From Candidatus Poribacteria bacterium (GTDB lineage: Bacteria; Poribacteria; WGA-4E; PCPOR2b): a stretch of 64,000 nt of DNA. This document shows positions 1 through 10,069 of this stretch, in pieces. The notes under the pieces are model-generated. The model was given only the letters and a program-made list of their open reading frames with translations, was not told where the DNA came from and did no database searches. Numbering within the stretch: position 1 is the first letter of the stretch; each line of letters begins with the position of its first letter. The position numbers and the translations under genes were made by a program. The stretch is taken from positions 6,080,001-6,144,000 of the forward strand of contig OZ244587.1 of the NCBI GenBank assembly GCA_965218095.1, given 5' to 3'.

Positions 1-82
1 GTTTTTCGACGTAATCGGCATCCACCCCCAATTGCTTTGCTAAGGACGTTTCTGCTGTGTGTAGTGAAGTTTCAATTGCCAT
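1..82 (-). CDS. 5' end of an unknown protein (MAIETSLHTAETSLAKQLGVDADYVEK...), truncated by the window edge
   Basis: ATG at 82 preceded by GAAGGAGA RBS; frame open to position 1. Confidence 0.6.
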   Translation of the reverse strand, partial: MAIETSLHTAETSLAKQLGVDADYVEK

Positions 83-111
83 AACAATAATCTCCTTCCA
101 AGAAAATCACT

Positions 112-553
112 CTAAATCAGCCGATAGATATATGCTTCCTCAACATAGTAGGCGTGTCCCCCCGCGCTCTAAACATGTGTCGGCAACTTTCTCCGCCTCC
201 CATTTCGCAGTGCGGAGATCAGACGGTCATCTGGTCTAACAATGCCGATATTAGATAGGCGGACACCCAGTAGCTCGTCAGGGATTTGATCGAGTACAGA
301 CCCTATTTTCCCATAACTCTTTCGCAGCCCCTCCTTCTCCACACCGGGGAACGCAAGAATAAGACGCCACCTGAACTTGCTTGTGATCGGGGCAGTCATA
401 GCGCTTGGTTTTCTTGGCAATACAGGCTTTCAACACACATTCGACCGCATAGCCCATCAAGCAATATGCCCCCGGAGCGTAGCCATTGTCTAGCAGTACC
501 TTTGCTTCTTTCACTCTAAGCCGGGATATCTTCTGAAGTTCATTTCTATTCAT
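112..553 (-). pseudogene. HEPN-domain gene fused by deletion to the C-terminal part of its usual downstream partner gene
   Basis: N-term RVKEAKVLLDNG..GAYCLMGYAVECVLKACIAK is HEPN-like; another frame reads WRLILAFPGVEKEG..., and the tail VEEAYIYRLI* ends at 112. Confidence 0.6.
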
Positions 554-601
554 GCTTGCTCTAAATACCCAATCCGCTTCTAAACATCGACATTTAAGCT
601 G

Positions 602-1528
602 TTAGACGGGGTTCTTTGCCAGAAGGTTATCTACAATCCCATCCATTGATGAAAACTGAGAGACATCCACCCACTCAACTCGTGAATCGTTACGGAACCA
701 TGTCAACTGTCGTTTAGCGAACCGTCGAGTGTTCTGTTTTAAGGTCGCAATTGCATCGTCGAGCGTCCGCTTTCCGTCGAGGTAATCAATGAGCTCTTTA
801 TACCCAAAGCTCTGCATTGCAACACAATTACGTGGATAGCCTTGATCTAATAGCCCTTTGACCTCTTCAATTAAGCCAGACAAGATCATCTCATCACCCC
901 GTCTTTCAATCCGTTGATAAAGCGTTTCCCGTGGCATATCGAGGCCGGATGCGCGGAACGGATAACGCGGCTTGCCCCCCTTCCACTGCTGTTGGAGGGC
1001 CGAAATTGGCTTTCCCGTCAACTCATAAACCTCCAAGGCGCGAATCACCCGCACAAGATTGTTGGGGTGAACCCGATCCGCGGCGTCCGGATCGCATTGA
1101 CGCAGGCGTTCATGCAACACGGCTGCACCATGTACCTCCGCTTCCTGCTTGAGCCTCGCTCGAATTTTCGCATCCGCGGACGGGCCCTCGAAAAGCCCGT
1201 CAATTAGCGTACGAAAGTATAACCCCGCCCCGCCGACAATCGTTGCCTGCTTCCCTCGCCCGCTGATTTCCACAATCGCCGCGTCCGCCAACCGTTGATA
1301 TGCTGCGGCGGAGAAGGGTTGGTCTACATCTACGCAATCAATGACGTGGTGGCGCACAGCTCGTTGCTGCGCCAGCGTTGGTTTGGCGGCGCCGATGTCC
1401 ATCTCCCGATAAATCTGCCGCGAATCTAACGAGACAATTTCGGCGTCGAGTCGTTGTGCAAGCCGAATAGCAATTTCTGTTTTACCGACAGCGGTTGGGC
1501 CGACGATGCAAATCAGTGGAGATTTCAT
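602..1528 (-). CDS. miaA: tRNA dimethylallyltransferase
   Basis: GPTAVGKT, DSRQIYREMDIG, RALEV, TRRFAKRQLTWFR. Confidence 0.97.
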   Translation of the reverse strand: MKSPLICIVGPTAVGKTEIAIRLAQRLDAEIVSLDSRQIYREMDIGAAKPTLAQQRAVRHHVIDCVDVDQPFSAAAYQRLADAAIVEISGRGKQATIVGGAGLYFRTLIDGLFEGPSADAKIRARLKQEAEVHGAAVLHERLRQCDPDAADRVHPNNLVRVIRALEVYELTGKPISALQQQWKGGKPRYPFRASGLDMPRETLYQRIERRGDEMILSGLIEEVKGLLDQGYPRNCVAMQSFGYKELIDYLDGKRTLDDAIATLKQNTRRFAKRQLTWFRNDSRVEWVDVSQFSSMDGIVDNLLAKNPV

Positions 1529-1641
1529 AGCGTGATGCGCGAAACGTAATGCGTATTGCGTAACTCACTGCTTTTCTTAAGGAAACATCTGCAATGACGC
1601 GAATATACCGAACCAGAATACCCCGTTGAAAGTAATCAAGA

Positions 1642-1944
1642 TCAACTTGAGTCTGATACGCCACCCGGATGACGAAACCGCCTGAAATTCTCAATGAACT
1701 TGTAGACGCAGGGTCCCCTGCCAACTTCGTTTTCTTTCTGTTCAGCCATTCTGAAAACTTTCTCCAGATCCTTGCTCGCAATGACAACCTCCTTATCAAG
1801 GATTGCAACCCACATATCCGTATATTTCTGAACTAATTCATCAATATGCTCACGACCCCACTTGGCATTTTCAACGTGCCGTTGCGGACGTGGAGGGGGC
1901 AAGGTATAGTCTTCCATTTTTTTTGCGATCGGCATTTCATTCAC
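1642..1944 (-). CDS. small DUF5678-like protein
   Basis: HIDELVQKYTDMWVAILDKEVVIASKDLEKV pattern. Confidence 0.6.
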   Translation of the reverse strand: MNEMPIAKKMEDYTLPPPRPQRHVENAKWGREHIDELVQKYTDMWVAILDKEVVIASKDLEKVFRMAEQKENEVGRGPCVYKFIENFRRFRHPGGVSDSS

Positions 1945-1978
1945 CTCACTTTATGGTTTTTAAAGACTTCAGTAACTA

Positions 1979-2880
1979 ACCCAAGTTGCGACCTATTCAT
2001 CGAATATGTGAGTGAACTCAGAGCTGATTGATACTGCTAGCCAATACAAACAAGACCACTTTCAATTCAAATCCGTGTCGCGTTACTGCATGGATTGAAC
2101 GTGAAAGCAGTTTGTTAATCAAACTGCCAGCCGTCTCAACAGACTTACGATGGTAATTAGCCAAGTAGGTCTCCCATGGTGGATACAGCCGCTTGGAATT
2201 CTTCTTGCGTACTGGCTTTAATTCGACTCCGACTGATGTAACAATATCTTCTATCTCATAATTATTGTATGCTTTGTCACCATAGCCCGGTGGCAAGTCG
2301 AAGTCAAACCACTGTAACCCTTCAACGTCCCCTGTACTGGCTGGGGTCACAAAAAATTCAACAGGGTGTCGACTCGCAGTCACTAGCAGATGAACTTTCA
2401 AGCCATAGAAATACCGACGTTTGGACGCTTGATAGCCTCGATATGCCTTATCGGTGTAGATTTTTGACCGACGAATGCGGAACAAACAGCAATTGGTATG
2501 GTATCCAGTGCATAGATTTTCTGTTGATTAAGTTGCACATAGCTTCGTCCCAAGATTTTGAACAATGTGGTGAACATCGGTTTAATCGACTTTTTGAAAG
2601 CATCTTGGGTATATAGCCATGAGTCTTTAGAAAGTCACAAGTGGTTTGCAAGTTTGCCCCGAAGAACAACGCAGCGACGATGCCGGTGGTCATGACTTCG
2701 GCATCAGACATCTGCGTTTGTGGGTGTGGTTTTGAGTTGAGTGCTTCTAAGAACTTGTCACAGAGATAGAAAATGGTTGCAATTTGGATGTCCATGGGTT
2801 TCTCCTTTGAGGTATTATGGTTTGGATTACCTCTACTTTAACGGAAAACCCATGGATTTTCAATTACTAGCAACTTGGGT
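1979..2880 (-). mobile_element. IS982-family element, copy 1, with defective transposase
   Basis: IRs ACCCAAGTTGC/GCAACTTGGGT; 10-bp TSD TCAGTAACTA (1969-1978, 2881-2890); motifs MSDAEV, YFYGLKVH, GDKAY; gene split over three frames. Confidence 0.9.
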
Positions 2881-3049
2881 TCAGTAACTAACACTTTTTA
2901 ATTTCTCGTACATTTCTTCATCTGCTCAGGATGCCGATGCTTGCATCCCAATCTATTGGGGAGCTTTAACCGGTGCTTTCAAACTGGCTTTCCGGCTAAA
3001 GCCGAAACATCCTGAAATCCGTTGATTCAAAAAAACGTTAACTACTGAA
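2881..3049. mobile_element. MITE-like element whose left IR was the IS982 target
   Basis: TTCAGTAACTAACACTTTT versus AAAAACGTTAACTACTGAA imperfect IR. Confidence 0.45.
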
Positions 3050-3075
3050 AATTAAGGACTTTAATCGACATACCT

Positions 3076-3774
3076 TCAATCAATCGTCATTGCACATCGG
3101 AATCCGAAATCGCTAAATTGTTTCTCAGGACCGAGACTACTCCGCGCCGCGCAACGAGCAAATCGGATGCGGTGTCGCCATGAACCACCGCGTGCCACAT
3201 GACGGTTGCTGTGCCTTGGACCTGTCGGATTCCGATCCGGCGAGATTTCGTAGTAGGATGGGTCATATTTATCAGCGCACCATTCGTGGACGCCCTCTGA
3301 CATATTGTACAGTCCGTAGCCATTGGGACCTTCGATCCCTACCGGAAAATGCGGGGCATTCCGTCCGCCCAGATGATCCGCCGGCAATTCGTCGCCCCAT
3401 GGATATTCGTGCCCTTCCAATCCGCCCCGCGCAGCCTTTTCGCGCTCTGCCTCTGTGGGCAGGCGATACGCTTTGCCGGTCAATTCTTTCAACCAATCGC
3501 AATATGACACGGCATCGTACCAGTTTGGACCAACGACTGGTTGGGCTGGATGTTGAAACTTGGAGTCCCCCCAAAACGGCGGCGGCCGATGTTCTGTTAT
3601 CTCCATAAAGATCTCATACTCCCGGTTGGTCACGGGGTATTTAGCAACGGCGAATACATTTACCCATATGCGACGGACCGGCCTTTCATTCGCTGCACCA
3701 TTTTCGCTGCCCATGAGAAAATCGCCTTCGGGGATACGGATGGTTTTGGGTTCGATGAATTGCGGCTTTCCCAT
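3076..3774 (-). CDS. formylglycine-generating enzyme family (FGE-sulfatase/SUMF1) protein
   Basis: FLMGS, PVTNREY, RLPTEAEREKAARGG, PNGYGLYNM, RGGSW, FGFRC; start taken at MGKPQF. Confidence 0.92.
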   Translation of the reverse strand: MGKPQFIEPKTIRIPEGDFLMGSENGAANERPVRRIWVNVFAVAKYPVTNREYEIFMEITEHRPPPFWGDSKFQHPAQPVVGPNWYDAVSYCDWLKELTGKAYRLPTEAEREKAARGGLEGHEYPWGDELPADHLGGRNAPHFPVGIEGPNGYGLYNMSEGVHEWCADKYDPSYYEISPDRNPTGPRHSNRHVARGGSWRHRIRFARCAARSSLGPEKQFSDFGFRCAMTID

Positions 3775-3937
3775 TGTGTACGCTTGCCCTCCGATTTTAC
3801 CTTGACAACTGTCCATAGATATGCCATTATAGCATTCGGACTTTTTGAATGTCAACTTGATTTCCATAGATTTGATGGAACTCAAACAGCTTGTGGCAAT
3901 TAGAAAAGCGACGTAAGCGTGAAAATCTTGTCAGGAG

Positions 3938-4265
3938 ATGAAAATAGCATGGATCTGAACAGTCCCCGAATCAGAGGCAATGGGGGTTGTTAAGGAAGAA
4001 TATGAGGCAGGAACCAAACGCACCGGGCGGGTTTATAACATCGTCAAGTTATCCAGCATCAAGCCGGAAAACCTGTAGACATTTATTAATCTGTACAAGG
4101 TCTCGATGTTGGGGCCGTCCAAACTGGGTCGTGCGCAATGTGAGATAATCGCGACGGTAGTTTCGCGGATTAACTCCTGCTGATACTGAGTCCAAACGCG
4201 CGCCGGGGATCTGCGGGAACAGGAGTTGATCGGCTATCAGGTATTGATGATGCGTGCAGGTTGAT
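3938..4265 (+). pseudogene. AhpD/carboxymuconolactone decarboxylase-like peroxidase, probable former selenoprotein
   Basis: AGGAG RBS; AWI*TVPESEA...GPSKLGRAQCEIIATVVSRINSC*Y(TGA)VQ; several in-frame stops. Confidence 0.75.
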
Positions 4266-4297
4266 TATTTCTGGTTTAATTGACCCCGAAGCGTTTA

Positions 4298-5105
4298 GGT
4301 TCTGTTGACATTTGAGTATAAGGTTGTGGCATAATAGAAGAATGACGCCAATAACCTTACCTGATGAACAATGGAATAAGATATACCGGTTTCTTCTAAG
4401 CTGTCCCACCATCTAAGCTGCTACACGCCGCTTCGTCGAAGCGGTTCTCTGGGTGACTCGTAGTGGCGCTCAATGGAAACTTCTACCAGACACCTATGGC
4501 AAATCGAACACCCGCTACAAGCGGTTTGCTCGATGGTGCGACAAAGGTATCTTCACACAGATGCACCCCCACTTCGCCTCTGACCCCGATATCGAGTCGC
4601 TTATTGTGGACAGTACCATCTGCTGCGCTCACCCGTGTGCGGCGGGCACCTTAAAAAAAAGGGTGGCACTGAAAACCAAGCATTAGGTCGGTCTCGGGGC
4701 GGTTTCAGTACAAAAAATCACATCACAGTTGACGGACTAGGCAATCCCCTAAGAATTCATCTGACACCCGGTCAGAGACATGACATAACTGAGGCGGAAG
4801 GGTTAATAATCGGATATAACAGTGAATATGTGATTGGAGACAAGGGGTACGATTCGGACGCTTTTATCGCGGTTATTGAGGCGAATGGAGCGATTGCGGT
4901 GATACCGCCAAAAAGTCATCGTGTTGACCAAAGAACGTATGACAAACGCTTATACAAAGAGAGACATCGGGTTGAATGTTTCATTAACAAGATAAAATGG
5001 TATCGTCGTATCTTCTCTCGGTTTGAGAAGCTAGCTGTCCGTTATTTTGGATTTCTCAGCTTTGTCTCCACTCTTATATGGCTCCGTTGAAATGTCAACA
5101 GAACC
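4298..5105 (+). mobile_element. IS5-family (IS427-like) element, copy 1; orfA broken by an 11-bp deletion
   Basis: IR GGTTCTGTTGACATTT, TA TSD, A-run at the orfA/orfB junction, GRSRGG, GDKGYDSD, RHRVECFINKIK. Confidence 0.92.
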
Positions 5106-5220
5106 TAGTAATACCGGGGGAAATCCAAGTTCAAAAGCTGTTAAGGCCATGTTCTCAAACATTGGCATAAACGATATTTTTGGAAATATTCAAGGGAAGT
5201 TCCAATCGAACTCATTGTAG

Positions 5221-5346
5221 GTGATTTCTTGGAAGTTTAATAGAGCGCAGCGAAGAATCTTCTTGTTAAGGTGCAGGAGATCCTTCCCTTCGTTCAGGAT
5301 GACGGGAGAAGAGCGCGTTTTACTCGCTATAAGTTCAGAAATATCA
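5221..5346. repeat. REP-like palindromic intergenic repeat with outer imperfect IRs
   Basis: GAGCGCAGCGAAGAATCT...AGATCCTTCCCTTCGTTCAGGATGAC. Confidence 0.45.
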
Positions 5347-5394
5347 TTCGTTCAGCCACATAAAGCACAGTATACACACAAGGAGGTACTTCAT

Positions 5395-6141
5395 ATGGAC
5401 TTAAGCGGTAAGGTTGCTATTGTGACGGGCGCAGGACAGGGAATTGGTCAAGCAATCGCTTTGCGGCTTGCAGGCGTAGGCGCAGAGCTCGCTGTCGTGG
5501 ACCTGAATCCCGATTCCATCGGGACGGTTGTGCAAGAGATTGAAGTGTTGGGACGCAAAGCCCTCGCAATTCAGGCAGATGTCTCGAAGTTTGATCAGGT
5601 GAAAAGCGCAGTCCAGCAAACATTGGAGACCTTCAACCAGATCGACATTTTGGTGAACAACGCAGGAATCGTCGGGAAAACCGCGCCGTTAACAGAATTG
5701 GACGAACCGGACTGGGATGTGGTCCTTGATGTGAATCTGAAGGGCGTCTTCCTCTGCTGCAAAGCGGTCATCGATCACATGATCCAAAGGCGGTACGGCA
5801 AGATCGTGAGCATCACCTCGATTGCTGGCAAGGAAGGGAATCCAACGCTCATCCCTTATTCAGCTTCCAAAGCCGGCGTCATCTGCCTGACCAAAGCCCT
5901 GGCAAAGGAGGTCACAGAGCACAATATAAACGTCAACTGTGTTTCACCGGCGGTCATTGAAACTCCAATCTTGAAGACTGTGGCTCCAAAGACTGTTGAT
6001 TACATGGTGAGCAAAATTCCGCTCGGGCGCGTTGGCAAACCGGAGGAGGTCGCTGCGGTGGTGCATTTCTTAGCGACAGACGATGCCAGTTTCGTGACTG
6101 GGCAGTGTTACGATGTCAGTGGCGGCAGAGCGACGTATTAG
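5395..6141 (+). CDS. SDR family oxidoreductase (FabG-like)
   Basis: TGAGQGIG, NNAG, YSASK; AAGGAGG RBS before ATG 5395. Confidence 0.95.
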   Translation: MDLSGKVAIVTGAGQGIGQAIALRLAGVGAELAVVDLNPDSIGTVVQEIEVLGRKALAIQADVSKFDQVKSAVQQTLETFNQIDILVNNAGIVGKTAPLTELDEPDWDVVLDVNLKGVFLCCKAVIDHMIQRRYGKIVSITSIAGKEGNPTLIPYSASKAGVICLTKALAKEVTEHNINVNCVSPAVIETPILKTVAPKTVDYMVSKIPLGRVGKPEEVAAVVHFLATDDASFVTGQCYDVSGGRATY

Positions 6142-7939
6142 GGCGTGTGTGAGAAGGCCAACGAACCTCTTAATAGGTTCTGTTGACAAGCTGTCAGCGA
6201 AACAGAAAACCAGAAATGTGTTTCCAAAAGATATGTTCTCTCCACGTTTCACGTTTCACATTCTGCGTAATCCAAAGAACCCGCTAAAACGATTGGGTTA
6301 TATACTCTCACTTCTAATATGTATCGGCTGCGCAGGAGGCAGCAGTAGGCGTCAAGCCACAATCTTGATGGTTGAACTGAGAGCTCACCTTCAGCCGCTG
6401 ACAACAATTGGGACCTATGTGGGGTTTGATCAGAAGACGGATATGCTTTATATGGGGAATGCCCTCATCGATCGGTGGATCTATTTGAACAAGGATTCTC
6501 AACCGATCCAAACAATCCGCTACACCTACAAACCTTCGGGACAGAACTACGTCGATCTGCTAAGCGAGGAATTTCGGTTTCGGATTGGGAAGCTCGTCTT
6601 TTCCGGGGATAGCCGCCTGCTGACTTACGATACTTATCAGATCTCCCAGAAAATTGGCGGTGTCAAGCAGGTCACGATTCAGTTCACATATACTCCAGAG
6701 GAGGAATCGAAACCGATTTTTCATCTGCAGGTTCACTACGAGATTTATCCGGATCTGCCAATCATCCATAAGTGGCTAACGATTCAGAATCTGACGGATT
6801 CGGACTTTTATCTGGAAGATATAGCCGTCGAGTCCCTATCTTTTTTCGCGGCACGGGTAGACCGTCTTCAAATCTGGGGTTGTGAGATGTCGGGACAGCC
6901 GGAGGAAGCGCAATCTCCTCCTTGGGAGGGGGGCACAGCGGAGACGTTTGTTCTCGTGCAAGACCCCGGTATCAATGGCGGTGTGGTGTTAGGCAATGAA
7001 AGCGCAGGTATCCTCAAATACTACGGAGTCTGTTCGGATCGGGATACCATGTTGATCGGCTTAACCCCGACAACTGCTATGAACGGAATTGAAATCCGGG
7101 TTCCTCCAAAACGGTCGATGAACACCCCTAAAGTCTGGACGATGCTCTTTCAAGGACCTCCCCAAACTGCCGTTGAAGAGGTAATCGAAGATGTTGTGGC
7201 GCATGGTTCGCCATATTCTAAAGAGCCAAGCTCCCAAATGCCTGCAATTAGATGGGCACAGTTGGGTTCTGAATGGAACATGCTAGGAAAATCGCTCCGA
7301 CAAGGCGATCTCGTTGTGTTTGATTACGACTGGAACGTTGAAGAACTGGAGCGACTGAAGCGAGTCAGTCAACAAGTTCACGAAAGCGGGGGAAAGGCCG
7401 GTATTCATCTTCCAGTAGCTGACATTCGCACGGACGTTTTGGATCGCCCTGAGTGGCGACTCACGCCAGTGCCTGTGCTCCAGCCGATGTCAAAAAGGAG
7501 AGATGAGGAGATAAGGGAACAAAGGGAAGGAGGGAAGGAAACACAACAATCCACAATCGAGTCGAGATCCGAAATTCGCGCGGCGAATCGGGTTATTTAT
7601 TGTGTTTTGAGTGATTACGGTTACTACCTCTCTCAAGCAGTGAAAACGCTCCTTGAAGAAACGGAAGCAGATCTGCTCATCTTTGATGGCGCGATATTAA
7701 GTCCGACAGGCGGCCTGCTAAAAGGCTGCGATGCGTTCGGACATGAGCATTATACACGTGCAGAGTCAATTGGCGTAATCTATCGTTGGATTTTCGATTT
7801 TGCTAATCATCTGCGTCGGAAATACCCAGATCTGCAATTGGGGATTACAGCGACTGCTTACGGTGTGAAGTATCCAGACGCCGCATGCCTTGCGCATTTT
7901 GATCTGTTCTTCGATTATTTGTCGTTAGATTCACCGTAA
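6113..7939 (+). CDS. putative lipoprotein with divergent GH36/alpha-galactosidase-like architecture (true start probably near 6260)
   Basis: LLICIGC lipobox-like; VHYEIYPDLPIIHKWLTIQN resembles the GH36 N-domain; FDYDW and LIFDG in a TIM-barrel-like part. Confidence 0.55.
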   Translation: MSVAAERRIRACVRRPTNLLIGSVDKLSAKQKTRNVFPKDMFSPRFTFHILRNPKNPLKRLGYILSLLICIGCAGGSSRRQATILMVELRAHLQPLTTIGTYVGFDQKTDMLYMGNALIDRWIYLNKDSQPIQTIRYTYKPSGQNYVDLLSEEFRFRIGKLVFSGDSRLLTYDTYQISQKIGGVKQVTIQFTYTPEEESKPIFHLQVHYEIYPDLPIIHKWLTIQNLTDSDFYLEDIAVESLSFFAARVDRLQIWGCEMSGQPEEAQSPPWEGGTAETFVLVQDPGINGGVVLGNESAGILKYYGVCSDRDTMLIGLTPTTAMNGIEIRVPPKRSMNTPKVWTMLFQGPPQTAVEEVIEDVVAHGSPYSKEPSSQMPAIRWAQLGSEWNMLGKSLRQGDLVVFDYDWNVEELERLKRVSQQVHESGGKAGIHLPVADIRTDVLDRPEWRLTPVPVLQPMSKRRDEEIREQREGGKETQQSTIESRSEIRAANRVIYCVLSDYGYYLSQAVKTLLEETEADLLIFDGAILSPTGGLLKGCDAFGHEHYTRAESIGVIYRWIFDFANHLRRKYPDLQLGITATAYGVKYPDAACLAHFDLFFDYLSLDSP

Positions 7940-7967
7940 TTCGTCCATTCGCTGATGCACTTTGCTT

Positions 7968-8384
7968 TTAAGGCTGGATAATCCGACTCTGCTTGAGCGT
8001 TTTGATCTCCGCTTTGAGGCGCTCAATCTCCTCTTGCCAATCCGCTTCCCTGGGTTCCCTAAAGGCAATGATAATCTGTGGAACGCCAACGAGTACTGTG
8101 ATAAGAGCGATGGGGGCAATCACAAACGCCATTAACCTTTGCAGCCGTTTGTCTATCGCCTCGAATCGGGTCTCCATTTTTGCTTCTAAGACAGTGATTT
8201 TCCTTTCCAATGCGTTGATTCTCGCTTCGTGAGCAGCGAATTTTGCGTCCATGTACTCCCGAAGCTACGCCTAGCTTTTTTGGACGATAGCTTCGATTTC
8301 GCGGAGGTCTGCCTGCGTCAACTCGGCTTGAATCTATTGTATTATCAAAAGAAGAATCAGTCCAATCGCCAAAGGTATTTTCAT
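7968..8384 (-). pseudogene. signal peptide/coiled-coil/TM protein, three in-frame TAG stops in the 5' part
   Basis: MKIPLAIGLILLLIIQ*IQAELTQADLREIEAIVQKS*A*LREYMDAKF... in frame with ORF 7968-8252. Confidence 0.65.
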
Positions 8385-8501
8385 GAAATTTCTTCCCTTG
8401 AAGGCTTGACAACTCGATACGGCTTCACTTTTGCGCACCACCCACCACGTATGACGTTTTACGCATCACACTTCACATCTTTGCAAGAGGGCTTTACTAA
8501 A

Positions 8502-9782
8502 TTAGGCCGCTGCTAAAACCTTAAACACGGCATCAGTCAACCGGGTTAATTCTTCTGATGAGATTGTAAAAGCAGACATGATATAAACAACATCGTTAAA
8601 CGGCCTGAGCCATACGCCTTCCTTTATAAATCTTTGCTGGAGTTCAAATATATATTCCCAGCTCGGGTTGAACAACTGAACTACACCAACAGCCCCCTTC
8701 ACTCTTACATCCGCAACATTATCTAATTTGCGGCAGGGCTTTAGTTCCTCCCGTAACTGCGCTCCAATCGCTTGGATTTGTGCTATCCGGGGTTCCTGTT
8801 CAAACAGATCCAACGAGGCATTGGCGGCTGTGCAGGCGAGTGGATTCGCCATGAATGTGGGCCCGTGCATAAAAACAGTCTCTAGCGTGTCCGAGAGGAA
8901 GCTCTCAAACACCGCTTCCGTGGCTAACGTTGCAGCCAGCCCCATCGTACCACCGGTAAGCGCCTTACCCAGGCACATCATATCAGGTGTAATGCCGGCT
9001 TGATTGCACGCAAACATCGAGCCGGTACGACCAAACCCTGTAGCAATTTCGTCGGCGATGAACAGGAGATCATACTTCTTACAGTGTCGATAAATTTCAG
9101 CGAGAATCTCAGCGGAATGGAATTTCATTCCTCCCGCTGCCTGAACAAGGGGTTCGATAATGAGGCCAGCCACCGTGTCTTTAATCCCCTCCAGCGATTC
9201 TTCAAACGCAGAAAAATCAGATTTGTCATTGGGAAGGTCGAAGATATACTGTTTGGGCATATAATTATTAAACGCCCGGTGCATACCCTTTTCAGGGTCG
9301 GAAAGTGACATGCAGCCCATGGTATCACCGTGATAGCTGTTCCGAAAGCAGACAAACTTGTTCTTATACAGCTCCTTCCGGTTGGACCAAAACTGGACAG
9401 CTATTTTCATAGCCACTTCAACAGCAGTTGAGCCTGAGTCAGAAAAGAATACACGATTTAATCCCGGTGGAGCGATAGAGACGAGTCTACTGGCAAGTGT
9501 GTAAGCAGGTTCATGGGCAAGCCCCGCAAACATAATATGTGACAAAGTATCAAGCTGTCTTGAAACCTGTTTCATAATATGAGGGTGTTGGTAGCCGTGA
9601 CAAGCACACCACCATGACGCAATTCCGTCAATCAATTCCTGACCATCCGCCAGCGTCATACGAACACCGCTTGCCGAGACAACCGGCAGGGGCAAAGGTA
9701 CAGTCTGCATCTGCGTGTAGGGCAGCCAGATGTGGTTGAATCCTTCTGTTTCCCACTTGGGAATTCTGTGCGGTTCGGACAT
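8502..9782 (-). CDS. bioA: adenosylmethionine-8-amino-7-oxononanoate aminotransferase
   Basis: HIWLPYTQM, DGIASWW, DSGSTAVEVAMK, YHGDT, DEIATGFGRTG, GKALTGG, HGPTFMANPLAC. Confidence 0.95.
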   Translation of the reverse strand: MSEPHRIPKWETEGFNHIWLPYTQMQTVPLPLPVVSASGVRMTLADGQELIDGIASWWCACHGYQHPHIMKQVSRQLDTLSHIMFAGLAHEPAYTLASRLVSIAPPGLNRVFFSDSGSTAVEVAMKIAVQFWSNRKELYKNKFVCFRNSYHGDTMGCMSLSDPEKGMHRAFNNYMPKQYIFDLPNDKSDFSAFEESLEGIKDTVAGLIIEPLVQAAGGMKFHSAEILAEIYRHCKKYDLLFIADEIATGFGRTGSMFACNQAGITPDMMCLGKALTGGTMGLAATLATEAVFESFLSDTLETVFMHGPTFMANPLACTAANASLDLFEQEPRIAQIQAIGAQLREELKPCRKLDNVADVRVKGAVGVVQLFNPSWEYIFELQQRFIKEGVWLRPFNDVVYIMSAFTISSEELTRLTDAVFKVLAAA

Positions 9783-9830
9783 ATTACGCTTTAGGGAATA
9801 CATCATGCGTGACAAGTGATACGTGGGGGT

Positions 9831-10066
9831 GGTGTTCTATCACATAACCCGTGAAAAAATCTGTTCTGGTTGGCGTATCGATAAGACTGTCAGAGATTTG
9901 AGTTCAATGAATTCAGGGGTTCAATGAACCCTTGAACTCGAACCGGTTGAAACTTTTCACGCTAGTAAATGGCGTAGGTTAATCATGAACCTCTGCACTT
10001 TTGGGATGTAAATGTTGTCGTTCCGATGGGGGTTCTCAAAGGTTTAGTACCTAGGTAATAGAACAC
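9831..10066. mobile_element. MITE-like element related to those at 12870 and 45822
   Basis: shares GATTTGAGT..GGGTTCA.TGAAC.CTTGAACT and TTCCGATG.GGGTTCTCAAAGGTTTAGT with 45822-45958. Confidence 0.55.
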
Positions 10067-10069
10067 AAA

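Noticed and set aside
3076-3774. FGE/CLec-fold gene as a diversity-generating retroelement target
   Set aside because: no reverse transcriptase and no template repeat seen in the window
8252-8384. three in-frame TAGs suggesting stop-codon recoding (Pyl or Gln)
   Set aside because: many intact genes here end in TAG and neighbouring genes are also decayed; simple pseudogenisation is more likely
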